A DNA stretch of 64,000 nucleotides. Origin: Anolis carolinensis (Eukaryota). The position numbers and the translations under genes are program-made. Shown piece by piece: positions 11,301 to 23,175 of the stretch (position 1 is its first letter; each line of letters starts with the position of its first letter). The notes under the pieces were generated by a model that worked only from the letters and a program-made list of their open reading frames with translations, had not been told where the DNA came from and searched no databases. The stretch spans positions 79,646,782 through 79,710,781 of the forward strand of contig NC_085842.1 in assembly GCF_035594765.1 (NCBI RefSeq), given 5' to 3'.

Positions 11301-14300
11301 TTGCCATGTGAACATTCATATGCCATACCTCGTCTTAGGAGGTGACCAGGAGGCTGTCCAGAAGGCGGGCACAGAACAGGCAGTGATCATTCAACCTCAC
11401 CCATCCCCATCTTGGGGACAGAACTGCCCTGTGAATGTTCACAGAGCAGTCACATCCCGGGGGGGGGGGGGGGGGGGGCGCGCGGGAAGAGGAAAAAGAG
11501 CCAGATCCGCAGTGCCTGTTCCTCCTCCTCTTTCTGTATGCCATATATTTGCTTCCCTCAATACTTCCCTTCTTTTAACGGGGAGAAACTCACACTCACA
11601 GCATGTAGAAAAGCGAGGTGGCACTGGCCTTGCATGGCACCTCATTTACCTTGCAGATCCAGTTTCTCTTCCTGTGGACCACTAAATTACAGTGTTCCCT
11701 CGCTACTTTGCAGACTCACTGTATAAAATGATAGTAGCTACTCTGTGCTCTTACACTGGGGGGGGGGGGGGGTACAATGGTCCTCTTCATCATCACATTC
11801 ACTTTCAAAGAGGTCCAGTGTAAGAAATTGTATATTATATATGGAATTCATTTAGAATGATCCATATAAGGTCAAAAAGGACATAATCAGAGTTGCAGGT
11901 CAGGTTCCCAAGAAACCCCCATTTCCAAGCACAAAGAACCCTGCAGAGAATAATATTATCAAAGAACCTTGAACATTTGTGAAAATCACATCAAGACATT
12001 ATTATACACACCCAGAAAAGCAATAAAAATATGCCTATTGACTCTGGATGACTAACCAGTTCTACTGAATGCAGAGCAGGCCTGCTCTAAAGCAGTGCTT
12101 CTTAAACTATAGGTCCTGACCCCAAATGGAGTTTATATATCTATACACCCGGGGTCACACCTTCATACAATACCCTCAGGCTTCAGGATGGTTGGGTGAG
12201 CAGGAAAAATTGCTGCTGTTTCATCTTGAACCCTACCAAGGACCAAAGCTGTCACACAATACAAATACTCCATCTCAGGTCTGAGGCTATTGTGTGAATG
12301 TGCATGCACAAGATGCGCTTCATCGGCTGTGGAGAAGGGGGCTGACACACTTCCCTCTACTGAGCAACAAAGCAGAGGAACTACTTAGGGGGGATGACGC
12401 GGAAAGCTGTCCCTTCCTTTTCCAGCCAAAGAAGCAAGGGAATCTCAACTAATTTCCCCTCCAAGGGGCAAAGTTGGAGCTGGGGAATAGCAAATGCTTC
12501 ATTTTCATATATTTACATGAAGTCTTTGGATGTATCTCCCACAAATCTGTTTAAAATTATTTAATATGTTGAGATAGGGAAGCTAAGATTGCTATAGTAA
12601 AACAGGTTTCTTTGGGGGCTTCCTTAAATATGCATATTCAAAAGTTGCAATTAACAAACTGTTCCATCAAAGCTTCAGTTCGATCTGCTGTAGCTAGAAG
12701 AAATTGAGAACAATAAAGAGACCACTTACCATCAATTTTATTGGAACTGTACACCACAGTGTTGGCAGCATGAGTGTATCTGATGAGATCCACTCCATAC
12801 TTTTTACTGTATAATGTTCTTTTTGGTCTGCCAAGAAAAATTACAAGAACATTTATTCGTATTTTACACAAAATGTACTCAGTCATATCAAAATCTTTTT
12901 AAAAGCTATCAAACCTATACATTCCATCTTAAAGAAGCCAATCTTCTTTATAAAACTTTTTTTTTTCATTTCTTCCTATGAGAATTACAGACAATCTACT
13001 GACTAACAAATGACATTTAAATCCGAGTTTACAATATTAAATAAAAAAGAAGCAGAGAGATTAGAAAAAAATATTCAAATGAATAATAAAAATATATATT
13101 TGGATCTTCTCAAAAAGTACACAGAACTTTGGTAATGTTTAAAGTAGTTGAGGTAAACACCAAGAATACCCAAGAGATGACAAGATACACCACAACAGCA
13201 TTAGGAACAGCCACTGCTGATATTGTTGCTATATAAGTAAATTGTTAATTCTAGTCTCACTTCAGTCAAATGTAGCCAAGACGATACTTGTAAAAGTCTC
13301 AAGTCTCTTCTTCAATTCCAATTAGTACAGAACATATAAGTAGGCGCTGACAATATGTTCTGAAGAAAGGCTATCACTGCAATAACTTTGCACATTTTAG
13401 CTTCATTGAATTCATAATTTTACTTTCATGATTGCCAACAGATAGGTAATTTGTTACAAGTGGTAGAGTACACTGATTGCAACATATTTTCAATTGTTAT
13501 TCTATGGATGCTTTCCTGCAACAGAGAACAACCCTAGAATGCCTGCAGTACCTTAACTTGGGGAAGAAGGAAAGGGAATAATAATAACAACAATAACAAT
13601 TTATTTATATCCTGCCACCATCTCCCATAGGGACTCAGGGAAGCTTACAAAATAGCACACAAAGATGCTATACATAAAACACATAATGCATACAATAAAA
13701 TACATCAACATGAAAACAATAATAACATTACATAAACCAGGTACAGTAGAATCTCACTTATCCAAGATAAATGGGTCGGCAGAACATTGGATAAGCGAAA
13801 ATCTTGGATAATAAGGAGGGATTAAGAAAAAAGCCTATTAAACATAAAATTACATTATAATTTTACAAATTTAGCACCAAAACATCATGTTTTACAAAAA
13901 ATTGATAGAAAAAGCAGTTCAATACACAGTAATGTTATGTAGTTACTGTATTTACGAATTTAGCACCAAAACATTGCAACATTTACTACAAAAACAATGA
14001 CTACTAAAAGGCAGACTGCCTTGGATAAGTGAAGCTTAGATAAATGAGACTCTACTGTATATAAACTGGATAAAACAACCTCCATTAAAATAGAATCAGT
14101 TAAAAGACCCATGTAATCAATATAGTAGTCTAGTTGAAAAAGCTCAAGAACTACTTTTGTCTGGCCCCAAGTGCAATACAACACAGTAAACCTCTCTTCC
14201 CCCACTTAATATGTGAAAACGTTTAGAGGGATAGCCAGAAGAAGCCATAAAAATGTATGGTACAGGAGATCTATATGCAAACCTCATGCTCCCCGAGATG

Positions 14301-17300
14301 AATTTAAAGTCCTGTACTGCTGTACTATTCAATGTTCAAGAATCTGTGTAAGCTACTCATGATGACTTTTAGTATGTTTCATCACTGCAAGCTTAGCCAA
14401 CAAGTTGGGATTTTAAAGACAGAACAGGTAACTGAACTTGATTCTTTCACATCAAAATCTATGGTACTGTGCAAACTATGGGATAGTGAAAATACAGTTT
14501 TAATATCATTTTGAATGCAAAGGGACAGAGGGCATGATAGTGCAGAAGTCTGAAGTTTGTTTCAATGGTTTATCACTATATCCAACCTGCCCCAATATCC
14601 CCTTTTACAGGAGACAATGGTAGATTATAGCATCCGAGCAATAAATACTAGAAATATGTAACATTAACATGGCACAAAATCAGTTCAGTATAAAGGCTGT
14701 ATTACTACAAAGTAGAATGATGTATGATATCACTTCTAATGTATGGTATCACTTCTGTTACAACTAGGGACATGAGAGAAGCCCTCCAGCTAACACATCG
14801 GGCGTCCCCTGAGCAACATCTCTGTAGACAGCTAATTCTTTCATGCTAGAAGCAACTTACAGTATGTTCTCAAGTCGCTTCTGACACGATTAAAAACCTG
14901 CATAATAGTCACACATTTAATCCCTTTTTTGGATCAAAAAGGAGGTGCTACTATTATGTGATGAAAAAAATGTCTAGCTTCACTTGACCAGTAGCTCTGT
15001 GAAGCCCTGTAGTTTGAAAGAAAGCACATGTGCAGGAGAATGAAGCTCGGAAAGGAAAGGGGACGGGTGCGAGGGTGAGTGAAGCTTCACTTGCCCACAC
15101 ACCCACCCCCCTTTCCAGCTATGGGACTTGACACGGCTGTCAGTTGAGTGAAGTCCCATAGCTCCAAGGGGGCAGGTGCACTGACAAATAAATGAACGGT
15201 GTCACTATTATGTGAAGAACAACAAAATACCAATTTTACCACACCAAAAACTATTACATGGTGGCGACTATTATGTGAGGAAATACAGAAGACAGGGAAA
15301 AATTCCTTGCTTTCCATGGCATGTCACATTCCCCACAATGAATATAATACTTAATCAATTAATTAATTTATTCCAGGGTACCCATATAACAAAATATAGC
15401 CAAATTCCAAGTGCAATTTTTTTTTGAAAGCCTGCACAATGTACTTATACTTGTATAATGTGTTAGAGTTGCCCACTATCAACAATGCCCTTTAGCACTA
15501 GTTAACACCTCAGCTCCTAAAGGCTCTCTTGTTCAATTTATCACATCTCCTTTCTAGTTCCCAGCCAGCATCACACAACATTCCAGGAACTCCCTCCACT
15601 ATTCATATGGTTATCAACTTACCTTCTATTGTTATTCACACATGGACAATCTGCTCATTCACGGGTTTAAATGTCTGTCCCTAAGCACTTCATTCTATGC
15701 ATCTGATAAGACTTTGGACCTCATTCAATGTTGTTATTATTTATTCCTTTAGTCGCTTCCGACTCTTCGTGACCTCATGGACCAGTCCACTCTAGAGCTT
15801 CCTGTCAGCCATGGCTGCTCCCAGTTCCTTCAAGGTCAAGCCACTCACTTCAAGGATAACATCCATCCATCTTGCTCTTAGTCGGCCTCTCTTCCTTTTT
15901 CCTTCCATTTTTCCCAGCATCGTGATCTTTTCTAAGCTTTCCCGTCTTCTCATGATGTGGCCAAAGTACACATGATCTTTGTCTTTAATATCCTTCCCTC
16001 CAGTGAGAAGCCGGGCATTATTTCCTCGAGTATGGACTGGTTGGATCTTCTTGCGGTCCAAGGGACTCTCAGAATTATCCTCCAACACCACAATTCAAAA
16101 GCATTCCATGAGCATTCCTCATTCCATGAGCAGTAGGAAAAAATCTTCTAGATTACCGCATCAATGCTGGTCTTTCTCGCACTTTCTCCCTCTGTTTGCC
16201 ATTTGAAATCAGGTAACACCTAACTGAAGATAGCTTTTAGGCTCAGCTTCCATGCGCTGTGAAAACAGCCCTACAGAGCCCCACCAGAAGTACTCTGTCA
16301 TATGATGGCCTCCGCGGGACTCCTGTGAGGCTCCATTTCCACAGTTCATGAAAACAGAATCTAGAAGCCATGGGATGAAGTCCTAGAAAATCTTATACTA
16401 CCAATGCCTTTCTCTCAGTCTTAAAGGTGCTACAAGACTCCTCTGTATAGACTTTTACAGTTATGTCATCTCATTTAGCCTCGCTATCAGAAGCAGGAAA
16501 TACATTTGTAACAGTATTTATAGTCAACATGTTCTTTAATTTCCAGATGCAGATCATGATAAACATAGAGCAATGTCCAATATAATGACTACTATAATTT
16601 CAACACTGGTTTAAACAGTGAGGGATGTGCATCTTACTTATGTCCCCTGGTATTACTGGCAAACAAGTATGATTCCATCCTAATGTGGTCCAAGCCTTGG
16701 CTGATGAAAGCTATCCCTCTTATCTTCAATTTGCATTCAAATCTGCATACCCCAAAAATCTTCAGTAATATTTTTCTAGGAGCATGTCATTCTTCCAGGA
16801 TTTATCTCCTATAAAAGCAAGTGTCAATGCTGTCCTGATCACTGGCTCATACTCTTGGACTTCTCTCAGAATTTCGATAAGGATCCAAAAATAAATTAAT
16901 TTTAGTAAAGTGTGGCACTAAGGCATTTGCAGGAACAGGTATTTATTTATTTGCGGCATTTATATCCTGCCCTTCTCACCCCGAAGGGGACTCAGGGCGG
17001 CTTACAAGTCATATATACATACAATATATTACATCAGGGGTCCCCAAACTAAGGCCCGGGGGCCGAATGCGGCCCTCCAAGGTCATTTACCTGGCCCCCA
17101 CCATCAGTTTTAGACTTTGCCTTGCCCAAAGTTTGAAATGACTTGAAGGCACACAATACCAAAAATCCTACTTAACTTGACTATCTCATTGGCCAGAAGC
17201 AGGACCACACTTCCCATTGAAATCCTGATAGGTTTATGTTGGTTAAAATTGTTTTTATTTTTACATATTGTATTGTTCTTTCATTTACTAATATTGTGCT

Positions 17301-20300
17301 ATGGTAATAACTGAATATATTGTGTATACATATAATATTGATACTAATATTATAATGTAATACAATATAATAATACTAATAATAATTATACAATATAATA
17401 ATATTAATTATACATTATATATTAAATGTAATATTACTAATATTATGGTAGTGATATAGGACAATATAGTAATATATAATGCTAATATTGGGCTATGCCA
17501 ATAATATAATATATTGTATGTACATACAACTTGTAAGCCGCTCTGAGTCCCCTTTGGGGTGAGAGAGGGTGGGGTATAAATGTAGTAAATATATAAATAA
17601 ATAGTTGTTGTTGGGGGGGTTGGCACTACAAATAAGACATGTGCAGTGTGCATAGGAATTTGTTCGTATTTTTTTTCCAAATGATAATTCAGCCCCTCAA
17701 CAGCCTGAGGGACCGTGAACCGGCCCTCCACTTAAAAAGTTTGAGGACCCCTGTATTACATTATTCGTATAGCACAATATAAGCATTATATATTGCTATA
17801 TTGTACTATAACACTATATTGTAATATTATTAGTAATATTACATGTAATATAAATATACCATTATAATAGTGTATTATTATTATATATTGTATTACATTA
17901 TAACATTATTAATATAATATGCATGTACAATTTATTATATTATAAGTATAGCATAATATGATTATTAAAAGGTAAAGGTTTCCCCTGATGTTAAGTCCAG
18001 TCATGTCTGACTCTGGGGGTTGGTGCTCATCTCCATTTCTAAGCTGAAGAGCCGGCGTTGTCCGTAGACACCTCCAAGGTCATGTGGCCTGCATGACACA
18101 GGAGACATGGTGGAATGATGTTTTCCTGCCCCTTCTTCATTCTGGCTCAGAATGGCAATTATTCCTTTTTTTTTGGGGGGGGGGGGGGGCGGCTCCCATC
18201 TGATGACATAGGAGACATGGTGGAATGATGTCTTCCTGCCCCCTTCTTCATTCTGGCTCAGAATGGCAGTTATGAATTTATGGATCTAACACCTACACAG
18301 TTCAGAAATGGAGTGTAACACCTGCCAAAAACATCCACGATTTCTATGTTTAAAAACAAAAAGTAAACATTACTCAAAAAACACTTTATTATAATACCTT
18401 TAATATTAGACTAATAATTTTGATAGGGTTTTGTAAAGGTGCCACACAACTCCCACTTTTCTACCACATAACAGGAGCACAACTACTACTGTAGAAAGTT
18501 TAAAAGATAAAATTGGCAAAAGCAAGATTAGATTGCCTTTCTATAAAATGAGATATGTCTGTTCTCATTCTAAGATTTCTCTCCAAGCATTCTATAGAGA
18601 TATGGAGGGTACAATTAGTGTGCCAGGGTTGCTCCCAATCTCTGGCCCTGATGCCATCACATGTGTCTGTGTTGTCATATGTCCTCATTTTGTTTTTGAC
18701 CTACAGCAAACCTATCACAGGGTTTATCTGGAAAATCTGTCCAGAGGGGATTTCTCTTTGTCATTCTCTGAGAGCCCTTCTACACTGGCCACAGAATGCA
18801 CGTTGAAGCTAGCAAGGCCACAGTGGCCACAAAAAGTTTATCATCAATTTGCACTGCAACACATATCTAAAGGTATACAATACCTTAAAAGTTTGAGGTA
18901 AGTCAGAGTTCAGCCCCTGTGCATCCCAGATCCAAGGTAAAATCACCTCTGCATTGTAGACACCAGCCTCTGCTGAAGTGAAGGATCTGGAACAGAGGCT
19001 GCAGAAAATGCCCTAAGGGCATGGCTGGGCATCAAGGGGGCAGCCGGCCTCCTGAAAGGGGTAATGGATGACCTGCTGTCATTTCCCTCCTTTTTCACCC
19101 ATAAGCCTCCGGTGTGCTGATGCACATCTCGGCAAAAAATAGAAAAAACTGTGAAACAATTCGAAGTCAGATTCTGTGTTTAATTTAATCACCTTCCTGG
19201 CCTCAAACTGGTTCCTAGCATGGTGGTCTGATCACCCAATGAAAGTGGTGTCTCCCAAACCTGTTCCAAACTGGTTATTACTGGTTAGTTATTATATGTT
19301 GATATTGTTTTGTTTTATTTATTGTGATTGATTTGTTTGTTTTTATGGCATTTTGTCGGAGCCGCGGTGGTGCAATGGGTTGAACTCTTGTGCCGGCTGA
19401 CCAGAAGATTGGAAGGTCGGTGATTCGAATCCACGAGACGGGGTGAGTTCTCATCTGTCAGTCACAGTTTCCCATGCAGGGACATGAGAGAGGCCTCCCA
19501 CAGGATGGTAACACATCTGGGAGTCTCTTGGGCAACGTCTCGGTAGACGTCCAATTCTCTCACAGCAGAAGCAATTTGCTTGCTTCTGACATGATATAAA
19601 ATGGCATCTAATGTTTGCACTTTTGATGGAAACCACCCTGAGTCCCCTTGGGGAGATAAGGTGGGTTACAAATAAAGTCTTATTATTTCATTATTGGACT
19701 GTAATCTGCATTTTAACTGTGTGTATCCTGTTATGTGTGTTTTAATGGTAGTCTGTGTGCATTCAGAAGATCTACAAGACACGCTAAACACCTTTGCAGA
19801 AGCATGCAAGAATATTGAGAAAACCAAAGTGCTCTTCCAGCAGTTGTCAGCCAATCCTTCTGCAATGTCAGGAATACAGCTTAATGGTGTAGCATTAGAA
19901 AATGTTGACCATTTCTGTCACCTCTCTACAAAAGTCAACACTGACGCTGAAATAAAACATCGCCTGAGCTCTGCAAGTGCAGCATTTCCCCAAATGAAGC
20001 AGAGTTTTGAGGATCGGGACATCCGTAGGGATACCAAGGTGCTTATTTACAAAACTATAGTCCTCCCAATTCTGCTACAACGCCTGCAAAACATGGACTG
20101 TCTACAGACATCACACTCAACTTCTCGAATGATTCCATCAGTGCTGCCTTCAAAAAATCCTGCAAATCTCTTGGGAACACAGCTGGACAAATGTAAGTGA
20201 GCTGGAAGACCACTAGAGATGCTCCTAGACCGTCAACTCCGCTGGGCATTTGGACAACTCCACATTGTCCGAATGCCCGATCACGGTCTCCCAAAGCAGT

Positions 20301-21010
20301 TACTATATTCCCAACTCAAGAACAGGAAACATAATGTTGGTGGATAGGAAAAGAGATTTAAAGATGGGCTTAAAAATGGTGGCATAGACACAGAGAACTA
20401 GGAAGCCCTGACCCTTGAGCGCTCTAACTGGAGGTCAGCTGTGACCAGCAGTGCTGAAGAATTCAAAGAGGCAAAAATGGAGGGCTTAAGGGAGAAATGT
20501 GCCAAGAGGAAGGCGTGTCAAGCCAACCCTGAGGACCGCCTTCCATCTGGAAACCAATGTCTTCACTGCGAAAGAACATGTGGGTCAAGAACAGGGCTCC
20601 ACAGCCACCTACGCATCCACTACCCTGACACTACACTTGGAGGGCCAGCATCCTCGGGCTGCATGGGATCGCCTATGTAAAAAGTAAGTTTTAAAAGACT
20701 TCTGTTTTTTCTCTCTCCTGGAGGTGCAAGTAGGCAAGTAATTAATATATTATTATTATTATTACATTTACCATGCGAACACCAAAATCCGGCAGTATCC
20801 CCAGAAGGGCTGCGAGAAGGCACGCTCCCCCCTCCCAACACTCACTCACTTTCCCTCGTGGCAGTCGTAGAGCACGATGGAGTCGTCGTCGCTGCTGGAG
20901 ATGAGGGTCTCTCCGTTGGGACTGAAGTCGAAGCAGTTGATCTTGTCCGAGTTCTCGCGGAACACCTTGGCCACGCGGAAGCTCCGCAACGCGTTGTCCG
21001 CCAGCTTCAT
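2872..21010 (-). CDS. WDR82: WD repeat-containing protein 82 (SET1/COMPASS and PNUTS-PP1 subunit); join of 21010-20850, 12827-12730, 6452-6386, 6178-6079, 5923-5807, 5391-5236, 4480-4411, 4230-4088, 2901-2872; 313 aa
   Basis: Exon lengths 161+98+67+100+117+156+70+143+30 = 942 nt; all introns GT-AG with consistent phase; translation [34 protein letters not shown]...AFWLPTIDD* is nearly identical to recalled vertebrate WDR82. Confidence 0.98.
3213..3348. mobile_element. hAT-type MITE
   Basis: Imperfect TIRs CAGGTCTGCACAACC...GGTTGTGAAGCTCTG; 8-bp TSD CCCTAGGG/CACTAGGG. Confidence 0.7.
3557..3669. mobile_element. hAT-type MITE (same family as 39073-39207)
   Basis: TIR CAGTGGTTTTCAA...TTGAGAACCACTG; degenerate 8-bp TSD. 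Confidence 0.7.
4088..4230 (-). CDS. WDR82: WDR82 coding exon 8
   Basis: [47 protein letters not shown]; ATG|GTAAGG donor. Confidence 0.97.
4411..4480 (-). CDS. WDR82: WDR82 coding exon 7
   Basis: [23 protein letters not shown]; tag acceptor, G|GTAAGA donor. Confidence 0.96.
5236..5391 (-). CDS. WDR82: WDR82 coding exon 6
   Basis: [52 protein letters not shown]. Confidence 0.97.
5807..5923 (-). CDS. WDR82: WDR82 coding exon 5
   Basis: [39 protein letters not shown]; canonical splice sites. Confidence 0.96.
6079..6178 (-). CDS. WDR82: WDR82 coding exon 4
   Basis: [33 protein letters not shown]; canonical splice sites. Confidence 0.97.
6386..6452 (-). CDS. WDR82: WDR82 coding exon 3
   Basis: (D)[21 protein letters not shown]; tttacag acceptor, AG|GTAAAA donor. 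Confidence 0.96.
6608..6642 (-). mobile_element. Extremely 5'-truncated Sauria SINE tail (35 bp) with 11-bp TSD
   Basis: GGTAAAGGTTTCCCCTGACATTAAGTCCAGTCGTG flanked by ACTTTCACTTA (6597-6607, 6643-6653). Confidence 0.8.
7222..7539 (-). mobile_element. Sauria SINE inside the Helitron
   Basis: tRNA-like head (GGCGCAGCGTGTTTAACCGCTGAGCTGCTGAAC), GAAATGGAGATGAGCACCAACCCCCAGAGTC body, ACCTTT-type tail. Confidence 0.85.
8360..9068 (+). mobile_element. L1-like 3' end (ORF2 C-terminus, duplicated ~220-bp 3' UTR unit, AATAAA/A-rich tail) inside the Helitron
   Basis: [30 protein letters not shown] resembles an L1 ORF2 tail; direct repeat ~8610-8810 / ~8840-9040. Confidence 0.55.
9668..9869 (-). pseudogene. 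Captured fragment of the first coding exon of TESK1 (testis-associated actin remodelling kinase 1), with an internal frameshifting deletion
   Basis: [22 protein letters not shown], then in a shifted frame FFSEDFK|GTGAG; recalled TESK1 reads [37 protein letters not shown]. Confidence 0.8.
10698..10786 (-). ncRNA. MIRLET7G: let-7g microRNA precursor (5p 10780-10759; 3p 10723-10703) in WDR82 intron 2
   Basis: Exact mature UGAGGUAGUAGUUUGUACAGUU; star CUGUACAGGCCACUGCCUUGC; loop carries the LIN28 GGAG motif (10731-10728); let-7g is known to be intronic in WDR82. Confidence 0.98.
12730..12827 (-). CDS. WDR82: WDR82 coding exon 2
   Basis: [32 protein letters not shown]; CAG acceptor, G|GTAAGT donor. 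Confidence 0.97.
13744..14057. mobile_element. Tc1/mariner (Tigger/pogo-like) MITE
   Basis: TIRs CAGTAGAATCTCACTTATC...GATAAATGAGACTCTACTG flanked by TA. Confidence 0.8.
14767..14895 (+). mobile_element. Anolis SINE2-like 3' fragment
   Basis: Homologous to the 3' half of 19358-19600 and 60588-60820. Confidence 0.65.
15745..16105 (-). mobile_element. RTE/BovB LINE 3' fragment
   Basis: [36 protein letters not shown], typical of the BovB C-terminus. Confidence 0.85.
17035..17753. mobile_element. Non-autonomous hAT element, 719 bp
   Basis: TIR CAGGGGTCCCCAAACT...AGTTTGAGGACCCCTG; perfect 8-bp TSD TATTACAT (17027-17034, 17754-17761). Confidence 0.9.
17968..18096 (-). mobile_element. Sauria SINE 3' fragment
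   Basis: Near-identical to 7230-7360. Confidence 0.8.
19358..19600 (+). mobile_element. tRNA-derived SINE (Anolis SINE2-like)
   Basis: A box (TGGTGCAATGG) and B box (GATTCGAATCC); body shared with 60588-60820. Confidence 0.75.
19749..20676 (+). mobile_element. RTE-clade LINE 3' fragment, degraded
   Basis: [44 protein letters not shown]-terminal CxxC...H motif. Confidence 0.85.
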
Positions 21011-21650
21011 GGTGCCGACGCCGCCGGGGGGGAGAGGGAGGGAGGGGCCTGCGCGCTCGGGAAAAAAGGCGGGAAGGCGGCGCGCCTGGGTCGAGCCTGT
21101 CCCCGCGGGGGAAAGAAGAGACCGCGACGGAAGCCTGGGAAGCTTCTTCACTCACCGCGCCCTCCGCTCAAGCCGAGGCGGCGGGGAAGGAGAAAAAGAG
21201 GCGGAGGTTCCCGTTCATTGTGTCCGCCATTTTGCGGCTCCAGGGGAGGAAAGAGGAGGAGGGGGACGTGCGCGCAAGGAATTGTGGGGGAATCGGGGAG
21301 GAGAAAAGAGCCTAAGCGGCGTCGCGGTGCATGCCGGGAGGCGAGGGTGAGTCTGAGGCGAAGGGGAAGAGTAGGCAGCGGTTGGCGAAGACACACACAG
21401 ACGAGCGAACGAGGCTCTGGGAGCGAAGGGGACGCGGTGCACTCTGGTATTGAGAGGGTTATATTGCAACGTGACGTTGGGAAGGCCTGTGTGCGCGCGC
21501 TCTCTCTCGGTTGGCCTTTTATCCATCCGGGGCCCTTTCGTGCTCGAAAGCGCGCGCGCTGGCTTGCTGCTTTTAACGGTCGGGCCGCTGCCGCTGAACG
21601 TTTTTCTTGCGTCACATTCTGGCGACCCCGTGAAATCCATCACCATCCTG
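20790..21650. promoter_or_regulatory. CpG island: WDR82 promoter, probably bidirectional with GLYCTK; YY1-type motif CCGCCATTTTG at 21224-21234
   Basis: Sharp GC and CpG enrichment over WDR82 exon 1; divergent donors (minus GTGAGT at 21155, plus GTGAGT at 21347). Confidence 0.8.
20850..21010 (-). CDS. WDR82: WDR82 coding exon 1
   Basis: Kozak CACC-ATG at 21010; [15 protein letters not shown]...YDCHEG(K); donor AA|GTGAGT. Confidence 0.97.
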
Positions 21651-21765
21651 AGCAGCCAAGGAAGCAACTGTGGATGTTAAGGAAAGGTCGTTGCTATCAA
21701 CGACCCTTGAAGTGCAGAAACTTAGCTTGCCAAGTTTAGGAGCACTTTGTGTGGCTTGGATCAAG

Positions 21766-22360
21766 GACGCTAAAAAAAGCCAATGGGATTTTGGCCTGCA
21801 TAAATAGGAGTCTAGTGTCTAGATCCAGGGAAGTCATGCTACCCCTCTATTCTGCCTTGGTCAGACCACACCTGGAATACAGTGTCCAATTCTGGGCATC
21901 GCAATTAAAGGGAGATGTTGACAAGCTGGAATGTGTCCAGGGGAAGGCGATTATAATGACCAAGGTCTGGAGAACAAACCCTATGAAGAGCGGCTTAAAT
22001 AACTATACATGTTTTGCCTTTAGAAGAGAAGGCTGATAGGAGACATGATAACCATGTGAGGGGAAATCATAGGGAGGAGGAAGAAAGCTTGTTTTCTGCT
22101 GCCCTGGAGACTAGGACGTGGAGTGATGGCTTCAAGCTACAGGAAAGGAGATTCCACCTGAATATTAGAAAGAACTTCCTGTGAGAGCTGTTCAGCAGTG
22201 GAAATCTCTGCCCCAGAATGTAGTGGAGGCTTCTTTGGAGGGTTTTAAGCAGAGGCTGGATGGCCATCTGTCAGGGGTGCTTTGAATGCGATTTCCTTGC
22301 TTCTTGGCAGGGGGTTGGACTGGATGGCCCACGAGGTCTCTTCCAACGCTGATTCTATGA
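21766..22360 (+). mobile_element. CR1 LINE 3' fragment
   Basis: [36 protein letters not shown]; ends with ATTCTATGA microsatellite tail. Confidence 0.92.
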
Positions 22361-23175
22361 TCAGGATAGTGGAGACAGGAGGCTCAAAAACTATCGCTCT
22401 GGTGCCAGTGTCTTCCTGCTCTGTTTCGTGTTAATACAAGTGTCAGGAAATGCCTCCCTGGGGGCTGCTCAGAATTAAGAGAGGCCTATATAACTCAGGG
22501 GCATCACAGATTTATTTATTATTTATTTATTTCCGATATTTCTACCCCGCGCTTCTCCCTGAGGGGGACTCAGGGCGGCCTATAGAAGGCTCTAGGTTTG
22601 TTCTATGCCATCTCTGTTGGGCTAGCCCAGGCTAGCCCCTAACAGACGGTAGGAATTGTGGGAGTTTAAGTCCAAAACACCCAGAGGGCCAAAGTTTGCC
22701 CATACCTGGGCTAGATGATTCTGAGCTATAGGACATATGATTCTTGTGAAGTTTGATTAGAAGCCTGTATCCGTGACCATTGTCCGCTTCTCTACTCGCA
22801 ATTTTCAGTTATATGTATTCTATAATAAAATACAATACGAAGCCCAAATCCTTGGCTTTGTGTAGATATGTGAAACTGCAGGTCTCAATGAACCATATTA
22901 CTATTATTGCTAATATGATGAACAATGCAAATATTGAGTACAGTAGTTAAATAAGTGAAAGCAGTTATAGTTGTTCCACAGATGCAGAGGTCACGGGGTA
23001 CAGTACAGGCAGTCCTCAAGTTACGAACAAGATAGGTTCTGTAGGTTTCTTCTTAAGCTGAATTTGTGGAAAAAAGGGTTGGTGCAAAAGCTTCAGTGAA
23101 GGCACCTTTTCCCCATGATAACTCGCAGGAATGAATTTCCCTTCTGCAGGACAGATTTCTCTCACTTCCTGTTTC

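Noticed and set aside
11194-11685. 163-aa ORF with poly-Gly
   Set aside because: Non-ATG start, driven by a G homopolymer (~11458-11478), antisense within a WDR82 intron, no homology recognised
19358-19445. tRNA gene
   Set aside because: A/B boxes belong to a SINE head; no intact cloverleaf, and it continues into the SINE body
20858-21739. 293-aa plus-strand ORF and other 150-aa ORFs over the CpG island
   Set aside because: Antisense to or overlapping WDR82 exon 1 in stop-poor GC-rich DNA; low-complexity Arg/Gly content with no recognisable domain
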